DNA of 64,000 nucleotides from Deinococcus sp. (GTDB lineage: Bacteria; Deinococcota; Deinococci; Deinococcales; Deinococcaceae): assembly GCA_965261005.1 (NCBI GenBank), contig OZ253375.1, positions 1,760,001 to 1,824,000 on the forward strand, given 5' to 3'. The position numbers and the translations under genes were made by a program. The notes beneath the pieces are model-generated. The model had not been told where the DNA came from and ran no database searches. It worked only from the letters and a program-made list of their open reading frames with translations. Below, piece after piece: positions 62,054 to 64,000 of this stretch. Every line of letters begins with the position of its first letter. The stretch's first letter is position 1.

Positions 62054-62755
62054 ATGTTAAGTGTGAACCACGTCGTCGTGGTGGAGGACGAGGCCACGGT
62101 GCGCGACGTGGTGCGCTTTCACCTGGAGCGCGCCGGGCTGCGGGTGTCCACCTTCGAGAGCGTGGGGCAATCGCTGGGCGCTCTCGAAAGTGCCGACGCC
62201 CTCGTGCTTGACTGGATGCTGCCGCAGGAAAGCGGGTTGAGTTTCCTGCGCCGTTTGCGCCACGACGGTGAGTACCGCCGCCTGCCGGTGCTGATGCTGA
62301 CCGCCCGCGCCGCCGAGTCCGAGCGGGTGGAGGGCCTGGAGAGCGGCGCCGACGACTACCTCACCAAGCCTTTTTCCGCCGCCGAATTGGTGGCGCGGGT
62401 GCGCGCCCTGCTGCGCCGCAGCGCGCCGGAAGCGCCGCAGGTGATCTCGAACGGTCCCCTGCTGATGGACTTGGCGGCGGCCGAGGCGCGCCTGGACGGC
62501 GCCCGGCTGACCCTGACCCGGCGCGAGTTCGATCTGCTGGCCTTTTTGACGCAGAATTTGGGCCGGGTGTACAACCGCGCCGAGCTGCTCGACCGGGTCT
62601 GGGGCGCCGACTTCCTCGGCGGCGAGCGCACGGTGGACCAGCATGTCACGCAGCTGCGCGCCCACCTGAACGAGGACCCGGCCCGGCCGCGCCTCTTGGA
62701 AACGGTGCGCGGCAAGGGCTACCGCATGCGGGCTTGGGAAGAGGACAAGCGGTGA
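62054..62755 (+). CDS. phoB: Phosphate regulon response regulator
   Basis: LDWMLP, GADDYLTKPF, OmpR-type wHTH; followed by a kinase and phoU; true start may be GTG 62063. Confidence 0.88.
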   Translation: MLSVNHVVVVEDEATVRDVVRFHLERAGLRVSTFESVGQSLGALESADALVLDWMLPQESGLSFLRRLRHDGEYRRLPVLMLTARAAESERVEGLESGADDYLTKPFSAAELVARVRALLRRSAPEAPQVISNGPLLMDLAAAEARLDGARLTLTRREFDLLAFLTQNLGRVYNRAELLDRVWGADFLGGERTVDQHVTQLRAHLNEDPARPRLLETVRGKGYRMRAWEEDKR

Positions 62756-63753
62756 CGCGCCTGAGCAAAGACCATGACCTGACGAACGAGGGGGTCGCCC
62801 CCGATTGGCTCGACGCCCTGCCGCAGGCGGTGGTGCTGCACCAGGGGGGGCGCGTGACCCACCTGAACCTCGCGGCCGAGCGGCTGTGGGGCGTGACAAG
62901 GGCGCGGGCGCGCGGGAGGGCGCTCTTGGAGGTGGTGCGGCGCCACACGCTGGAGGCGTTGGCACGTGAGGGCGGCGAACTGGACTTGGAGGTGGCCGGA
63001 CGGTCGCTGCACTGCCGCGCCCAGACCAGTGGTCAGAACGGGATACAGGGCGGCGCCTTGGTGGTCGAGGACCTGACGGGGGCGCGGCGGCGCGAGGCCG
63101 AGCTGCGCGAGGCGGCGGCGGTCTTGTCGCACGAGTTCCGCACCCCGGTCACGGCGCTGCGCGGCCTCTTAGAAGCTTTGCAATACGAGATGCCGCCCGA
63201 GATGCAGCAGAACTTCGTGGCGCAGGGCCTGGCCGAAACCCTGCGCCTCGCGCGCTTGGTGGACGACCTGGCGGTAGGCTTCAAACCGGTGCGCGCCCGC
63301 GTCCTGACCTTGTCGGAAGTGCTCGGCCGCGCCGAGCGGCTGCTGGCCCAGGAATTGTCCCAGGCCGGCGTGCGCCTGGTGCGCGGCGAGGACGCCGCCG
63401 TGCGCGCCGACCCGGACAAGCTCCTTCAGGTGTTGCTCAACCTGATCGAGAACGCCGCGCGCCACGGGCCGCGTCACGGCACGGTGCGGGTGGAGGCGCG
63501 ACCGCACGGCACGGGCGAGGAAAGCTGGGTGGAAATCGCGGTCCTGAGCGGCGGCGAACCCCTTCTGGAGGGCGAGCACATCTGGCGGGCACATGCGCGC
63601 GGGGCCGGGGCGCGCGGCAACGGCAGCGGCATGGGGCTGTACATCGTGCGCTCGATTGTGGAAGGCTGGGGTGGCCGGGCCTGGACCGAGCGCAGACCGG
63701 GCGGCCACAACGCTGGTTTCAACGCCTTTTGCTTCACGGTGCCGGGCGCCTGA
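62752..63753 (+). CDS. phoR: PhoR-like cytoplasmic histidine kinase (PAS-HisKA-HATPase)
   Basis: SHEFRTP, NLIENA, GSGMGL; no TM segment. Confidence 0.85.
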   Translation: MTRLSKDHDLTNEGVAPDWLDALPQAVVLHQGGRVTHLNLAAERLWGVTRARARGRALLEVVRRHTLEALAREGGELDLEVAGRSLHCRAQTSGQNGIQGGALVVEDLTGARRREAELREAAAVLSHEFRTPVTALRGLLEALQYEMPPEMQQNFVAQGLAETLRLARLVDDLAVGFKPVRARVLTLSEVLGRAERLLAQELSQAGVRLVRGEDAAVRADPDKLLQVLLNLIENAARHGPRHGTVRVEARPHGTGEESWVEIAVLSGGEPLLEGEHIWRAHARGAGARGNGSGMGLYIVRSIVEGWGGRAWTERRPGGHNAGFNAFCFTVPGA

Positions 63754-63780
63754 TGCTCATGTTCTCCGAGGTTCTCTCCC

Positions 63781-64000
63781 ATGCGTGAAGTTCTGGACCA
63801 AGAGTTGCGCGCCGTGCTGAGCGGCGTTCTGGAGATGCTGGACCTCGTCGCGCGCATGCTCGAACAGGCGCGCGCCGCGCTGATCGGGCGCGAGGAGGGC
63901 GGCTTGGAGGCGGCGCGCGCCCTCGACGTGGAGGTGGACGATTTGGAGCGCCGGGTCGAGGGTGAGTGTTTGCGGATCGTCGCCCTGCACCAGCCGGTGG
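63781..64000 (+). CDS. phoU: PhoU, runs off the right edge
   Basis: Manual translation MREVLDQEL..LDVEVDDLE..CLRIVALHQPV. Confidence 0.88.
   Translation, partial: MREVLDQELRAVLSGVLEMLDLVARMLEQARAALIGREEGGLEAARALDVEVDDLERRVEGECLRIVALHQPV

Overview
High-GC bacterial chromosomal window. Gene content, widespread leaderless promoters and the intergenic repeat types suggest Deinococcota (Deinococcaceae-like); this is an inference. In order it holds: a MoxR/DUF58/VWA operon, a GH2 beta-mannosidase, an AI-2E permease, a hydrolase pseudogene, a CitAB-type two-component system with tctCBA, a heterodimeric ABC exporter, a decaying Zn/Cd-resistance operon (P1B-ATPase, CDF, ArsR/SmtB), GntR-leuC-leuD, aguA-aguB, two LptF/G permeases, a prolyl oligopeptidase, clpP-clpX-lon, SRP RNA, an ABC-2/C39 peptidase cluster, csaB/DUF5693/udk, tRNA-Ile(GAT), ccmB/ccmA/ccdA with a class A PBP, and phoB-phoR-phoU. 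Three toxin-antitoxin modules are present. Most notable: an unannotated ~140-nt structured sRNA candidate with anti-Shine-Dalgarno loops (50680-50820), an LptF/G permease fused to a ~380-aa tail ending in a Roadblock-like domain, a perfect HspR (HAIR) operator inside the clpX 3' end, clear ArsR and GntR operators, a Leu-dehydrogenase homolog lacking the catalytic Lys, and several MITE/REP-like repeats. No CRISPR array, integrase or transposase was seen.
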